From: a virus
DNA length: 64,000 nucleotides
Direction: 5' to 3' (one strand)
Virus record (IMG/VR): IMGVR_UViG_3300009499_000053
The notes under the pieces: model-generated
Databases searched by the model: none
What the model was told of the DNA's origin: nothing
The model's input: the letters and a program-made list of their open reading frames with translations, nothing else
Translations under genes and position numbers: made by a program
Shown: positions 19,245 through 30,081 of the stretch, in pieces
How positions within the stretch are numbered: the stretch's first letter is position 1
How the letters are laid out: each line of letters starts with the position of its first letter

Positions 19245-19574
19245 ATGAAGTACCATAGAATTGCGAAGCAGTGTCCATTCTGTCCCACTATTAAATCAGC
19301 TTATACCTTTAAGACATTTCATGGATTACGTAAGCACATCCTCCAATGGCATCTTCAAACAAAGAAAAGAAGGAGTTGGTATATTTGGTCAAGAGGACGG
19401 GGAAGATTCCCGAACAAAGAGAAACCTGCTTTCATCAGAGTCTATAAAGTGAAGTACTCTGAATATCGTGATATTCCTGTAAATGGGATGGCTCACGTAG
19501 AAGCAATAGTTCAAGATCACTGTAAAGAATTTAATCCATCTATGAGGGGGATAAAAGTATGGCCGATGAATTAG
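19245..19574 (+). CDS. C2H2 zinc-finger protein with FNPSMR
   Basis: CPFC...HILQWH; motif near C-terminus. Confidence 0.6.
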   Translation: MKYHRIAKQCPFCPTIKSAYTFKTFHGLRKHILQWHLQTKKRRSWYIWSRGRGRFPNKEKPAFIRVYKVKYSEYRDIPVNGMAHVEAIVQDHCKEFNPSMRGIKVWPMN

Positions 19575-20244
19575 ATCAGAACTGGTATCCAGAGTATGTC
19601 TACATTAATGAGGAAGTAAACCGTCTCTATGATAAGGAGAGAGAAAGGATTACTCAGAAGATCACTAATCGTAAGACAAAAAGGACTCTAAGGAAGAACC
19701 TTCAACTTATTAGGATCTTTCTTCCAGAGAAGGATTTTAAGTTCCTAGAGAAGCACAAGGCCTTTAGGAAGTTACATAATCTTGGGGGAATCCCCGTAGT
19801 CAAGATCAAGGAAGATAAGATCAGGATAGATACTGAGGTAGTTAATCCTAGGAAACGAAAGAGGAAGACGGTTATTTATGTCAGGGAAGACAAATAAGAG
19901 ACCCTTCGCATCTTTCAAGATAACCTTTCGAAACCCTAACTCTATGCACATGTTCCATGATGATGAGGGGATAACAAAGAACATGATCATTGATGTAGTA
20001 AGGAATGCTACAGAGTATAGGAAGGATCCTAGGAAACTTAGAAAGAGAATACGACTCTTCCATATTACTAAACACTTAACAGAAAGGGTCAGAATAACAG
20101 TTGTCTTTCAGATGTTTCCGAATAGAATTCATATCCTAAATGCCTGGTTAGGTTCCTTTCACCATAAGAATCTGTATGAGAAGATAGGAATAAAGGGCGA
20201 AGAAATAAAAGAGATGTGGAAAGAGAAAACAGGAGAGAAAGGCA

Positions 20245-20661
20245 ATGACTAAAGATAGGCCCAGTTGGTACGCCTCAAGATGGAGAAGCTCCTATAATTG
20301 GGATACCAATAAATCAACAGTTCTGCATGAGAAACCAATTCGTTGTCCTTACTGTGGATATTATATGGGATTCCATATAACAACAGGATATGGATCACAT
20401 TCCTCTGACAATTACTGGATTTGTCATCAATGTCGAATGAGTTTACCAAATCAACTAGACTTCAGACCTGAGTTTCTTGAAGGGGCTAGGAAGAACTACC
20501 GTAAACATCTGAAGAATGAAATGGAGAATACGAAAGGAAAGTTTGATAGACTGAAAAACCTTTATAACCAATATGGAGTATACTTTACTAAAGAGGAGAA
20601 ACGTGACAGGCTGATAGAGACGATTGAGGAACAGGGGAATAAGAATGCAATACAAGAATAA
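20245..20661 (+). CDS. Zn-ribbon protein
   Basis: CPYC...CHQC. Confidence 0.55.
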   Translation: MTKDRPSWYASRWRSSYNWDTNKSTVLHEKPIRCPYCGYYMGFHITTGYGSHSSDNYWICHQCRMSLPNQLDFRPEFLEGARKNYRKHLKNEMENTKGKFDRLKNLYNQYGVYFTKEEKRDRLIETIEEQGNKNAIQE

Positions 20662-21025
20662 GGATAAAACGAATCCTACTTCAAAGGACTTCGGGGCATC
20701 TATGCATACCCCTACCAAAGTTCTAAAGGAAGCCAAGCAAGCTAACAGAGGAAAGAGAGTAATGAGGAAGGTCTTTGACGCAAGGAGATACCCTGATAGG
20801 GAGTCAATAGACTTAGGTGTCTGTTGGATGTGTTGGATGGATCTTACAGAGGAACCATTAGAGAAGTGGAGAAGAGAACCCTACAGCTTTGTTATCCCTC
20901 ATGATCAAGTTTGTCCCTTATGTGGATACATGCACTGGAAGGGAAGGATATGGTATCCATTTAGGTTCATTAGAGGTTATATTGGTAATCCATCAAGTAG
21001 ACATGGAATTAGGGGAAGGAAGTAA
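20624..21025 (+). CDS. Zn-finger protein with GNPSSR
   Basis: CWMC...CPLC; motif near C-terminus. Confidence 0.55.
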   Translation: MRNRGIRMQYKNKDKTNPTSKDFGASMHTPTKVLKEAKQANRGKRVMRKVFDARRYPDRESIDLGVCWMCWMDLTEEPLEKWRREPYSFVIPHDQVCPLCGYMHWKGRIWYPFRFIRGYIGNPSSRHGIRGRK

Positions 21026-21461
21026 GATGATGAAGAAGTGTAGTTTATGTAAGAAGGAGATCTGGTGTTGGACAGAGATCGATGGTAAAGCAGTGTGTAA
21101 TGACTGCAGAGAAAATAATGTCTGCACAGGGAAGAAAGGGAAACCTAAGCCTATAGTGAAAGTCCATAAACCCAGAAAGAAACCTTGGCTTAGGATAATC
21201 ATTCGTAGATCTTGGAGTAAACCTTGGATAAAGTTTGTACTCAGGAAGAAGAAGGGAGATGAGAGATGATGAGTAACAAGGTAAGACAGAGAACAAGTAA
21301 CCGTGTAATGCAATGCCCCAGATGTGGTTCCAAGGATCTTGAAGAGGTAGTTTGTTGTGGGGGTAAGACAAACTACAAATGTAAGAAGTGTAAGCTTCTC
21401 TCAAGATCTAAAGATGTAAAGAGAGGAGAATTGCCCTCCCAAAATAAGGAGAAAAAAGATA

Positions 21462-21998
21462 ATGAGAAAGAAACTTAAGTTCTATCTAGTAGGTCCAATT
21501 CAGTGGACTGAAGACTTTATGAACTGGAGAATAGATCTCAGAGAGTACCTAGAAGATCAAGGACATGAAGGACTTCTTCCCTGGGGAGAGATCTATCACG
21601 GTAAGATGGGAAGATTAGTCTTCACTAAATGGGCAAAGAGTATGTCTAGGGATGATTATCTAGGGAGAGTTAGAAAGTACTTTAGAAAGTACGTTATCAA
21701 GTGGGACATCAGGGCTGTGGAGGCATGTGATGGTATCATATTCTGGTTACCTAAGGATATACCAACTGTAGGATCCCATGGGGAATGTACTTTAATCTAC
21801 TACCTAGTTCATCACAAAAAGCTTGCTAAGTGGAGAGCAAGTCATAAGAAGATCTTTGTGGTAACTACAATTCCTGCTAAGGATCTTTCTTACTGGCTAA
21901 TTGGTTGTTCTGATAGAATATTCTTCAATTGGAACGAATTTAAGGCCTATTTCGGTAAGCGTTTTAACAATAAAAAGAAGAAGGTGAATAACAAATGA
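21462..21998 (+). CDS. nucleoside 2-deoxyribosyltransferase-like protein
   Basis: FYLVGPI...WR...DIRAVEACD...GSHGE. Confidence 0.6.
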   Translation: MRKKLKFYLVGPIQWTEDFMNWRIDLREYLEDQGHEGLLPWGEIYHGKMGRLVFTKWAKSMSRDDYLGRVRKYFRKYVIKWDIRAVEACDGIIFWLPKDIPTVGSHGECTLIYYLVHHKKLAKWRASHKKIFVVTTIPAKDLSYWLIGCSDRIFFNWNEFKAYFGKRFNNKKKKVNNK

Positions 21999-22354
21999 CT
22001 AAAAGATGGAAGTATAGGAAAGTAACTCCTGAGAACAGAAAGAACATGAAGGACCTAAGGGAAAAAGGATGGTCCTATGTAAAGATAGGAAAATTGTTTA
22101 ATATAGATCCTCACTCTGTCCGTTATTGGATAGATGAAGAATATAGACAACGATGTATTAAGCGAGCTAAGAGTAGAAAGAGGAAACCCCTTACTGATGA
22201 GCAGAAAACAAAGAGGAAAGTCTACATTAGGAAATACATCAAGAAGAGATATAACGAGGATCCTGAGTTTAGAGAGAGATTTCTAGGCCATACTAAGAAA
22301 TGGCAGAGAAAGAACAAGGCAATGAATAAAGTGGGAAGTGAGAAGAATGCCTAA
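21995..22354 (+). CDS. basic helix-turn-helix protein
   Basis: LREKGWSYVKIGKLFNIDPHSVRYW. Confidence 0.55.
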   Translation: MTKRWKYRKVTPENRKNMKDLREKGWSYVKIGKLFNIDPHSVRYWIDEEYRQRCIKRAKSRKRKPLTDEQKTKRKVYIRKYIKKRYNEDPEFRERFLGHTKKWQRKNKAMNKVGSEKNA

Positions 22355-22937
22355 AGAATGGGAATACATGGATGAACATGCAAAGAAGAAAACTAGAACA
22401 CCCTTAGATGACAAGATAGATGGGAGATTGATGAAGAAGAGAATCTTAATATTAAATGGTGAACTGGAAGAGGAAAGAGTTGATAGAATCTGTAGAAAAC
22501 TGATCCTCCTAGGAACAGAGAAGAGTAAGGCTCCTATCAGGATAATCCTTAACTCTGTTGGTGGAGAGGTCTTTCTAGGACTTCTAACCTACAATACCAT
22601 AATGGATCTTAGAAGCAAAGGAATCCCTATAGAGATAGAGACTCGTGGACTAGCTGCAAGTATGGGTTGTATTATTCTTCAATCTGGAAGTAGAAGAATA
22701 GCAAGAAAGTATACCCGTTTCCTTATACATGAGATTACCTCTATCACCTTTGGAAAGTCCTCTGAGATTAAAGAGCAGGCCCAAGAGATTATAAAGCTGA
22801 ATAACATGCTTCGAGACATCATAGCAAACCATACAGGTAAGACTCCTAAACAGATTAGGAAACTTTGGTTTAAAAAGGATGTTTGGATGTCTGCAGAGGA
22901 AGCATTGAAGTTTGGTCTGTTAGATGAGATAGTCTAG
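22347..22937 (+). CDS. clpP: ClpP-family serine protease
   Basis: NSVGG, GLAASMG (Ser), FLIHE (His), DVWMSAEEALKFGLLDEI. Confidence 0.9.
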   Translation: MPKEWEYMDEHAKKKTRTPLDDKIDGRLMKKRILILNGELEEERVDRICRKLILLGTEKSKAPIRIILNSVGGEVFLGLLTYNTIMDLRSKGIPIEIETRGLAASMGCIILQSGSRRIARKYTRFLIHEITSITFGKSSEIKEQAQEIIKLNNMLRDIIANHTGKTPKQIRKLWFKKDVWMSAEEALKFGLLDEIV

Positions 22938-22974
22938 CAATTCTCATACAAGAACAAATCGGAGATAAAATAAT

Positions 22975-24708
22975 ATGACATTAAAATTAAGTGAAAACGC
23001 TAAATATATTCTAAGTCAGAGGTATCTCTTAAAGGATGAGAATAGGGAACTCATTGAAACACCTATACAGATGTTCAGACGGGTTGCTAAGGCAGTAGCA
23101 GCATCAGAGTTTAAGTACGGAAAGACCAAGAAGGATGTAAAGAAGTATGAACGAGACTTCCTACGGATGATGACTAGTCTGGAGTTTCTACCCAACTCTC
23201 CTACGTTGATGAATGCAGGTACAGATCTAGGTCAGTTGAGTGCTTGTTTTGTTCTTCCTGTAAGTGATAGTATTGATGAGATCTTTCTAGCAGTAATGTA
23301 TACTGCAAGGATTCACAAGACTGGAGGGGGAACTGGGTTCTCATTCTCACGATTAAGACCAAAGGATGACATTGTTAAATCTACAGGTGGAGTAGCCTCA
23401 GGTCCCCTATCCTTTATGACATGTTTTGATACTGCTACAGAGGTAATTAAACAGGGTGGAAAGAGAAGAGGAGCTAATATGGGTGTCCTCAGAGTAGATC
23501 ATCCTGATATCCTAGACTTCTTAGTGGAGAAGGAGCAAGAGGGGAAACTTAGGAATTTTAATCTCTCAGTTGCCTTAACTGATAAGTTCCTAAATGCTGT
23601 AGAGAAGGAGGCAGACTTCAGTCTTATTAATCCAAGAACTAAGAAGGTAACCAATACTATTAGAGCTAGGACTATCTGGAACCTTCTAATCACTATGAGT
23701 TGGAAGAATGGAGAACCAGGAGTCATCTTCTTAGATCAGATGAATAGGGCAAATCCTACACCAAAGGTAGGAGAGATAGAGGCTACAAACCCATGTGGTG
23801 AACAACCATTACTACCCTATGAATCCTGTAACCTGGGTTCTATTAACCTCTCTAAGTTCATCAAGAAGAATGGACAGATAGACTGGGAGAAACTTAAGAG
23901 AACGGTCAGACTAGCAGTTCGTTTCCTAGATAATGTAATAGATGCTAACAAGTATCCACTACAGGAGATAGCGAACCAGACCCTAGCTAATAGAAAGATA
24001 GGTCTGGGAGTGATGGGCTTTGCTGATCTTCTTCTAAGACTAGGAATAAGGTATGATACCAAGAAGGCAGTAGACCTTGGAAGAAAGATAATTAAGTTCA
24101 TTAAAGAAGAGGGATTTAAGATGTCACAGGAGCTAGGAAAGGAGAAGTCAAGCTTTCCGAATAAGAGAAGGTCTATCTTTAAGGATATACCCTACCTAAG
24201 GAATGCCACAATTACAACCATTGCACCTACAGGAACAATCTCTCTAATAGCTAACTGCTCCTCTGGGATAGAACCAATCTTTGCAGTGGTACAGAGAAGG
24301 AACGTAAAAGAGAGTCTAGGAAAGGATCTAATAGAAATCAATCCTGCCATTAAGATCTCCCTTGAGTTGAAGGGACTATGGTCTGATGTCATGGAGGAAA
24401 CTTTGAGGAAGACAGAATGCGCTAAGTGTCTCTTGATTCCTAAAGCAATGAGGGACGCCATAGTTACCTCTGCTGAGATCTCTCCTAAGTGGCATGTAAG
24501 GATGCAAGCAGCCTTTCAGGACTATACGGACAATGCTGTTTCCAAGACAATAAACCTACCCAATAAGTCTACTGTGGATGACATTGAGAGGGTCTACCTA
24601 TTAGCTTATAAGTTGGGATGCAAAGGTATTACTATATACAGGGATGGAAGCAGAATATTCCAGTTATTAACTAAGGGAGGAAGGGTATCATGCCCCAAAT
24701 GTGGTTAA
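22975..24708 (+). CDS. nrdJ: class II (adenosylcobalamin-dependent) ribonucleotide reductase
   Basis: PNSPTLMNAG, QLSACF, RRGANM, NPCGEQPL, TIAPTGTIS, AVSKTIN, KGITIYRDGSR. Confidence 0.92.
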   Translation: MTLKLSENAKYILSQRYLLKDENRELIETPIQMFRRVAKAVAASEFKYGKTKKDVKKYERDFLRMMTSLEFLPNSPTLMNAGTDLGQLSACFVLPVSDSIDEIFLAVMYTARIHKTGGGTGFSFSRLRPKDDIVKSTGGVASGPLSFMTCFDTATEVIKQGGKRRGANMGVLRVDHPDILDFLVEKEQEGKLRNFNLSVALTDKFLNAVEKEADFSLINPRTKKVTNTIRARTIWNLLITMSWKNGEPGVIFLDQMNRANPTPKVGEIEATNPCGEQPLLPYESCNLGSINLSKFIKKNGQIDWEKLKRTVRLAVRFLDNVIDANKYPLQEIANQTLANRKIGLGVMGFADLLLRLGIRYDTKKAVDLGRKIIKFIKEEGFKMSQELGKEKSSFPNKRRSIFKDIPYLRNATITTIAPTGTISLIANCSSGIEPIFAVVQRRNVKESLGKDLIEINPAIKISLELKGLWSDVMEETLRKTECAKCLLIPKAMRDAIVTSAEISPKWHVRMQAAFQDYTDNAVSKTINLPNKSTVDDIERVYLLAYKLGCKGITIYRDGSRIFQLLTKGGRVSCPKCG

Positions 24709-24851
24709 AGTGTCCATACTGTGGTCAACCCTTCAAAAACGATTTCAGAATGAAGGAACATTGTTGGCAAAGACATTGGTGGACAGGATACGTAGAGAGA
24801 TACGTGACAATGGCGTTTAATCCATCCTGTAGATATGGGTACTGGGATTAA
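24690..24851 (+). CDS. C2H2 zinc-finger protein with FNPSCR (not in ORF track)
   Basis: MPQMWLKCPYCG...HCWQRH...AFNPSCRYGYWD*. Confidence 0.6.
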   Translation: MPQMWLKCPYCGQPFKNDFRMKEHCWQRHWWTGYVERYVTMAFNPSCRYGYWD

Positions 24852-24852
24852 A

Positions 24853-24975
24853 ATGAAGTGTCTTATATGTGGTGGTAATATGGTAAGGATGCCTGTCCAG
24901 AAAGACTGTGGTCAAGGACACTGCAGTATAGAATGGAAAAACGTTTGCAATAATTGTGGAGAAATGAGTGATTAA
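24853..24975 (+). CDS. 40-aa Zn-ribbon microprotein (not in ORF track)
   Basis: MKCLICGG...VCNNCGEMSD*. Confidence 0.5.
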   Translation: MKCLICGGNMVRMPVQKDCGQGHCSIEWKNVCNNCGEMSD

Positions 24976-25858
24976 AATGAGTAAACAAGGAATAGGAAAA
25001 AGAACAAGCATTAGAAGTTATCCAGGAGTAACCCTAGACTTAATGGAGAGAAAACTAAAAGTGATTGATATTCCTTTGCAACCAGGTCAAACCTACAGCG
25101 AAGTCATCTTTATGGGTGATTTTCATGTAGGAAGTGATGGTTTCTCAGAGCATCAATTAAAAGCATACCTAGACTGGATCAAGGATAACCCGAGTGTTAG
25201 AGTCATTCTAATGGGAGATTTGGTTGAGGTTGGTGATCTATCTGGTCATCTACCTGCACAGAAAGAAGCATTTAAGGATCAAATCATTAGACTGGTACAA
25301 CTACTAGAACCAATTAAGGAACAGATTATCTGTATCCTAGAGGGTAACCATGAGGAGAGATATGCACGAGAAGTAAAGAATGCTATTGAGTTTTCACATT
25401 ACCTAGCTCTTGAGTTAGGTATCTCTAGGAAGATACTGAAACCTGGACCTCAGAAAGGACAGATAATGGTTCTAAAGGTAGGTGAACAATACTATCCTAT
25501 CTACTGTATACATGGGAATACCTCATCCATCTATAATAAGGGTACACAACTCAAGAGGATGGCCTTTACAACTAAGCTTCCCTTAATTATACATGCACAT
25601 ACACACCAGATCTATCATGATCACTACATCTATCGTATGCCTAACAGGATAGCAGGGGACTTCTATGAGTCAGTATTTGAACAGCACTGGGTAGTCTCAG
25701 GTTGTTTTGTTAAGTACCTAGGTTATGCAGAACAGAAGTCATATCCAATGTCTAAGATCGGAGCTCCTATAGTTCGCTTCTTTGGGGATTCGCAGGGACT
25801 AATGGTCATAACAGATGCTATGTTCTTCTATGGGATAGGAAAGAACCCCTCTTATTAA
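24968..25858 (+). CDS. calcineurin-like metallophosphoesterase
   Basis: GDFH, MGD, GNHE, HG, AHTH. Confidence 0.85.
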   Translation: MIKMSKQGIGKRTSIRSYPGVTLDLMERKLKVIDIPLQPGQTYSEVIFMGDFHVGSDGFSEHQLKAYLDWIKDNPSVRVILMGDLVEVGDLSGHLPAQKEAFKDQIIRLVQLLEPIKEQIICILEGNHEERYAREVKNAIEFSHYLALELGISRKILKPGPQKGQIMVLKVGEQYYPIYCIHGNTSSIYNKGTQLKRMAFTTKLPLIIHAHTHQIYHDHYIYRMPNRIAGDFYESVFEQHWVVSGCFVKYLGYAEQKSYPMSKIGAPIVRFFGDSQGLMVITDAMFFYGIGKNPSY

Positions 25859-26242
25859 GATCTTCTTCTATAGGATGGAGGAAGGATGGGAAGGAAGTTA
25901 AAGTACGAGAAGATTCTATTTCCTAAAGATAGACCTAAGTGTCCACGTTGTGGTGGTTTACATGTTATCTCTAGAGGAGTGGAATGGGGATGTGGTAACT
26001 GTGGTAGGAGATGGGCAAAGCGTTTAAACTGGGGAAAGAACTATGAGAAAAAAGAGATGGACGGAAAAGCAGTTAAAGGAGAAGATTGAAGAGATAAAGG
26101 GTCAGGTCAACTACCAGAAAAGGACTATTAAGAGATCAGAAGATGAGATTAGAGACCTAGAGATCCTTCAAAGATACTTTAGGGAGATGCTGGCTAAGAA
26201 GTATGATAATCCCTCGTCAGTTAAGTTCGGAGGTCCCCAGAA

Positions 26243-26506
26243 ATGAAAGGTCATAAGAACTTTAAGGTTCTAAGGACATGGAAAGGAACAAGTTATAGGT
26301 TGTTTGAGTTGGTTAAATGCCCTGAGTGTGGGATTAACTTCGTAAGGGATATTAATCATGAAAGGTACTGTATCATAAAGATTCCCTCAGTTTGCCCAGG
26401 TTGTAGATATCCTTGGACCTATTACCAGAAACTTAGGGAAGAATTAGAGAATAAGGGTATACCGAAGGTAGCTCCACCATTTAATCCTACGGCGAGGGTA
26501 CAGTAA
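26243..26506 (+). CDS. Zn-ribbon protein ending FNPTARVQ
   Basis: CPEC...CPGC; motif. Confidence 0.6.
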   Translation: MKGHKNFKVLRTWKGTSYRLFELVKCPECGINFVRDINHERYCIIKIPSVCPGCRYPWTYYQKLREELENKGIPKVAPPFNPTARVQ

Positions 26507-26602
26507 TGTGTCAGAACCCCTGGAAAGAGTGTAAGAAACCAGGATGCGTTGTCCTAATCCTTTATAAGAAGTCGAGTAAAGAGATATGTAAGAGGTGCTG
26601 GA

Positions 26603-26902
26603 ATGAAATCGCTGTTTCCGATCGGGAGTGGGGTAACTCTAAAAGACGCACTAAAGAATAGGTATCCCGGTCTAGAGTTTGATATAGAGGATGACATTAC
26701 ACGGGGAAGGAAGATGATTAGGATTTCACTAGAGGATACTGAGACGTACAGAATCGATGTAGTGTTTAGTCAGACTTTGTTAGCAGCAGGACGTCCAGAA
26801 CTAATGTCAATGCACATAGATAGTGCAGTAAAACGTCTTAGGGAGTATGTAAGACAGGAAAAGTGGGGAGAGAACAATCCATCATCAAGGTGGTACTGTT
26901 GA
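26603..26902 (+). CDS. small protein ending NNPSSRWYC
   Basis: Motif near C-terminus. Confidence 0.55.
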   Translation: MKSLFPIGSGVTLKDALKNRYPGLEFDIEDDITRGRKMIRISLEDTETYRIDVVFSQTLLAAGRPELMSMHIDSAVKRLREYVRQEKWGENNPSSRWYC

Positions 26903-27168
26903 GTATTGAGTTAATAGCTATTTTGGCTGCAGTGATTATTTCCCTTGTTAATCTGTTGCTTGGTCTTCTAAGGACTTATTATGCTAAGTACACAAAGAGG
27001 ACCTACCAAGGTTCAGTAAATTACTGGTCCTCCTGGCAGAAAAGGAAGTTTGATGTAGCAGCCGAGGTTCTCAAGGAGATGGGAATAGAGTCTCCTGAGG
27101 ATATGAGGAAGTTAATGAAGAAGATTACGAAAGAGAAAAAGAGGAATCTAAAAGAGAAAACAAAGTAG

Positions 27169-28545
27169 GTGGAAATAATGGAAGAAAAAAGTGAAGTAAC
27201 GTGTGAAGATGGCCCAGCCTGTTCAGGATCTGTAGAGAGAACAGGTAAAGCAACATCAACAGTTAAGAGTGAGATAACAGAACAAACAAGGAGAGAAGTG
27301 AAGACTTTTGCAGCGCAGATTCTTAAGGTCCTAAAATCCTATGTCACCCAACAGGATAAAGACTATGAGGAATGGCTAGGAGTGAAAGCTGAGGATAGAG
27401 TAACAGTGTCTGTAGAGTATCCACTTTACCAACAATCGCAGGCCTGTTATGCTGTCAATACACTAATAGATAAGACTGCTAAGGTACATAAACGGACAAG
27501 TTACTGTGGAGGAGAGAGAAGTGCAGCAGACTATCAGGATGTAGAGATTAAAAGGGAAGTATACCAGAGTCTCTTGGTAAGTGGGAAGATATTCTTTACA
27601 TGGAAGAAAATGAAGTGTATCGCAAGTGTGTTCTTCTCAGGTAACTACTCTGAGGCTAGCTTTGTCCATGCCAAGAAACATGCTAAGACCAGTAAGAAGT
27701 TCCAAGCTGAGTTAAGAGAGTTCATGTGCAAACATAACTATTTCAAGGGTGAGAAGTTAGAGTTTATGCCCTACTCCAGAATAAAGTTCCTAAGTTTCCC
27801 AGATCTAGACTGGAATTCTCTTATCCTAAAGAAAGAACTCAAGGATGAGATAGCCCTTAACCTTATCTTTCCGCTACATAACCAGAAACTATGTGATAAG
27901 TTCAATGTACCCTGGAGAAGGGGAGTACTTCTAGCAGGGGTTCCAGGAACAGGAAAGACTCAGTTAGGGAGAGTACTCTGTAACAAGTTAGATGGTATAA
28001 CAGTAATCTGGGCAACCTGTAAGTCAGTGCAAGATGTGAGCAGAGTAAGGAACCTCTTTGAGATAGCAAGAAACTTTGCTCCTACACTGATAGTAATGGA
28101 GGATCTAGACTTCTATGGCCAAGATAGGGAGTTTACAACTAACCCGATTGTGGGTGAACTTCTAAACCAACTAGATGGGAATGCACCTAATGTAGGAGTG
28201 TTTGTCCTAGCAACCACTAATAGACCTTACCTACTTGATAAGGCACTAGCTGACAGACCAAGTAGATTTGATATAAAGCTAGTATTTGGTCTTCCTGATG
28301 TAAATGAGAGAAGGGCCATGATAAATCTCTTTGGAAAGAAGAAGAACATAAAGCCCTCTGTTGACTATATTGCTCGGATGTCAGATAAGTTGACTGGAGC
28401 ACATATCAAGGAAGTCATTAACTATGCTCAGTTGGTATCCCTGAATGATGGAAGGGAGGAAATACAGACAAAGGACATAGATTTAGCCCTGAGAAAGGTT
28501 AAGACTAAACTAGAGGCACAAAGAAAAAATAATTTGGTGAGGTAA
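27169..28545 (+). CDS. classical-clade AAA+ ATPase (single AAA domain)
   Basis: GVPGTGKT, MEDLD, LLNQLDG, TTNRP...DRPSRFD, LTGAHI. Confidence 0.85.
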   Translation: MEIMEEKSEVTCEDGPACSGSVERTGKATSTVKSEITEQTRREVKTFAAQILKVLKSYVTQQDKDYEEWLGVKAEDRVTVSVEYPLYQQSQACYAVNTLIDKTAKVHKRTSYCGGERSAADYQDVEIKREVYQSLLVSGKIFFTWKKMKCIASVFFSGNYSEASFVHAKKHAKTSKKFQAELREFMCKHNYFKGEKLEFMPYSRIKFLSFPDLDWNSLILKKELKDEIALNLIFPLHNQKLCDKFNVPWRRGVLLAGVPGTGKTQLGRVLCNKLDGITVIWATCKSVQDVSRVRNLFEIARNFAPTLIVMEDLDFYGQDREFTTNPIVGELLNQLDGNAPNVGVFVLATTNRPYLLDKALADRPSRFDIKLVFGLPDVNERRAMINLFGKKKNIKPSVDYIARMSDKLTGAHIKEVINYAQLVSLNDGREEIQTKDIDLALRKVKTKLEAQRKNNLVR

Positions 28546-29260
28546 TATGGGAGGTCAATTTTGTCCAAAGTGTAATGAGGGTCTTCTACTAAGGACTTCT
28601 AGAGGAACTAAGAGATGCAAGGTCTGTGGACATACCAAACATGATAGCTTCAATAAACACTCAAGGGGATTGCCCCTAGGGAAGAAGAGGGAGAAGAAGG
28701 ACACAAAGGAAATACCGGTAATCCATAGTAAGAAGTATGAGAAAGAACTGAGTCGTTCTATTCCTAAGGGTGATGGTTTCTTTAGTGAAGACTATCAGAC
28801 TAAGAAGTTTGTTCGTGATGGTCAGATTAGAAAGGCTAGGAAACTACAGGGAATCCAGGAGATGCTTAAGAAGATGAGAGCGAATAAGTACAATTCTCTT
28901 GAATCTATACAGATAGATGGAGAACTATGGGATATTAAGACAGGAAAACTCGTTAGAGAGAAAGGAAAGACAGTTAAGGAACCAAGCAAGAAAGAGCTTG
29001 AAACCGATAGAATTATCGAGGACATGGTCTTTAAAGAATCTGGGTAAGGAATAGGAAGAAGAAATGAGAAACCCTGTTTTGGTTCTGTTAATAACTCTGG
29101 AACATAAGTTCATTCCTTCAAAGATAACAGGATCATCCCTATACAAATACTTCTTTATTAATACAGTCTATCCATATCCATTTGAACGATGGTGCGTATA
29201 CTGTAGAAGAACAAGTTACTGTTGGTGGAAGGAGAAGGAAGAATGGAAGGAGGAGAGAGA

Positions 29261-29617
29261 ATGTGTAAGTATGGGACCTATAAAAAAGTCCTAGTAACAA
29301 TGCAACCCCACGTATCAAGGACACAACCTTATGATTACTCTCAACCTTGGGAAGTACTCTGGAAGTTGTTAAAGTTTAGGTGCTTTACCTTCAATAAAGT
29401 TACTCTTTCCCAGTTATTTCAGAGGTATAAGGAATGGTTAAGGTGGACTTCGATTGATAGTTGTGTTGCTGATATCGTTCAAGTCTTTGAGGATAACAAG
29501 GTGTATATGAGAGCCTCATGCTGTGGTCATGGTAGAGGTAGAGGAGACGGTTATATTGACTTTAAGGATTACTCAACAATCATTATTCCTATTGAACTTA
29601 CAACGAATGAGGGATAG
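29261..29617 (+). CDS. SCCGH-family (Tyw3/Taw3-like) protein 1
   Basis: IDSCVADIV...ASCCGHG. Confidence 0.55.
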   Translation: MCKYGTYKKVLVTMQPHVSRTQPYDYSQPWEVLWKLLKFRCFTFNKVTLSQLFQRYKEWLRWTSIDSCVADIVQVFEDNKVYMRASCCGHGRGRGDGYIDFKDYSTIIIPIELTTNEG

Positions 29618-29619
29618 AA

Positions 29620-30081
29620 GTGTGTAAATGGGGAACCTATGAAGAAGTAGAGTGTGTTATTGCAGCACACCTTAGTTATACTGGAAAGGAACGTAAGAAG
29701 CTAGTGAAGATCGATAAGTGTATAGCTCCTATTGTCCGTGCCCTATCTGAGGCAGGAATTAAGATGGTATACTCCTGTTGTGGACATGGTAAATCAGGTC
29801 GTATTGATTTAGCAGATGGTAGATTCTTAATAGTCAGGAACAATAAGTCAGACTGGCCATATGAACGTTGCAGTGGCTGTGGAAGAGAACAACGACTAGC
29901 CTGGGCTGTAACTGATGAACTCTGGGCTAAGGTAATAGAATGTCCAGATGTACAGAAAGTTCTTTGCTTAGAGTGCTTCTTAAGTGTAGCTGATGAAAAG
30001 AGCATAGAAGTTAATAACGAGGATTTTACCTTCCTTCAATGGATAGGAATTAATCTTAAGGGAGAAGGATTTAGAAAATGA
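29620..30081 (+). CDS. SCCGH-family (Tyw3/Taw3-like) protein 2 with C-terminal Zn finger
   Basis: IDKCIAPIV...YSCCGHG; CSGC...CLEC. Confidence 0.55.
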   Translation: MCKWGTYEEVECVIAAHLSYTGKERKKLVKIDKCIAPIVRALSEAGIKMVYSCCGHGKSGRIDLADGRFLIVRNNKSDWPYERCSGCGREQRLAWAVTDELWAKVIECPDVQKVLCLECFLSVADEKSIEVNNEDFTFLQWIGINLKGEGFRK

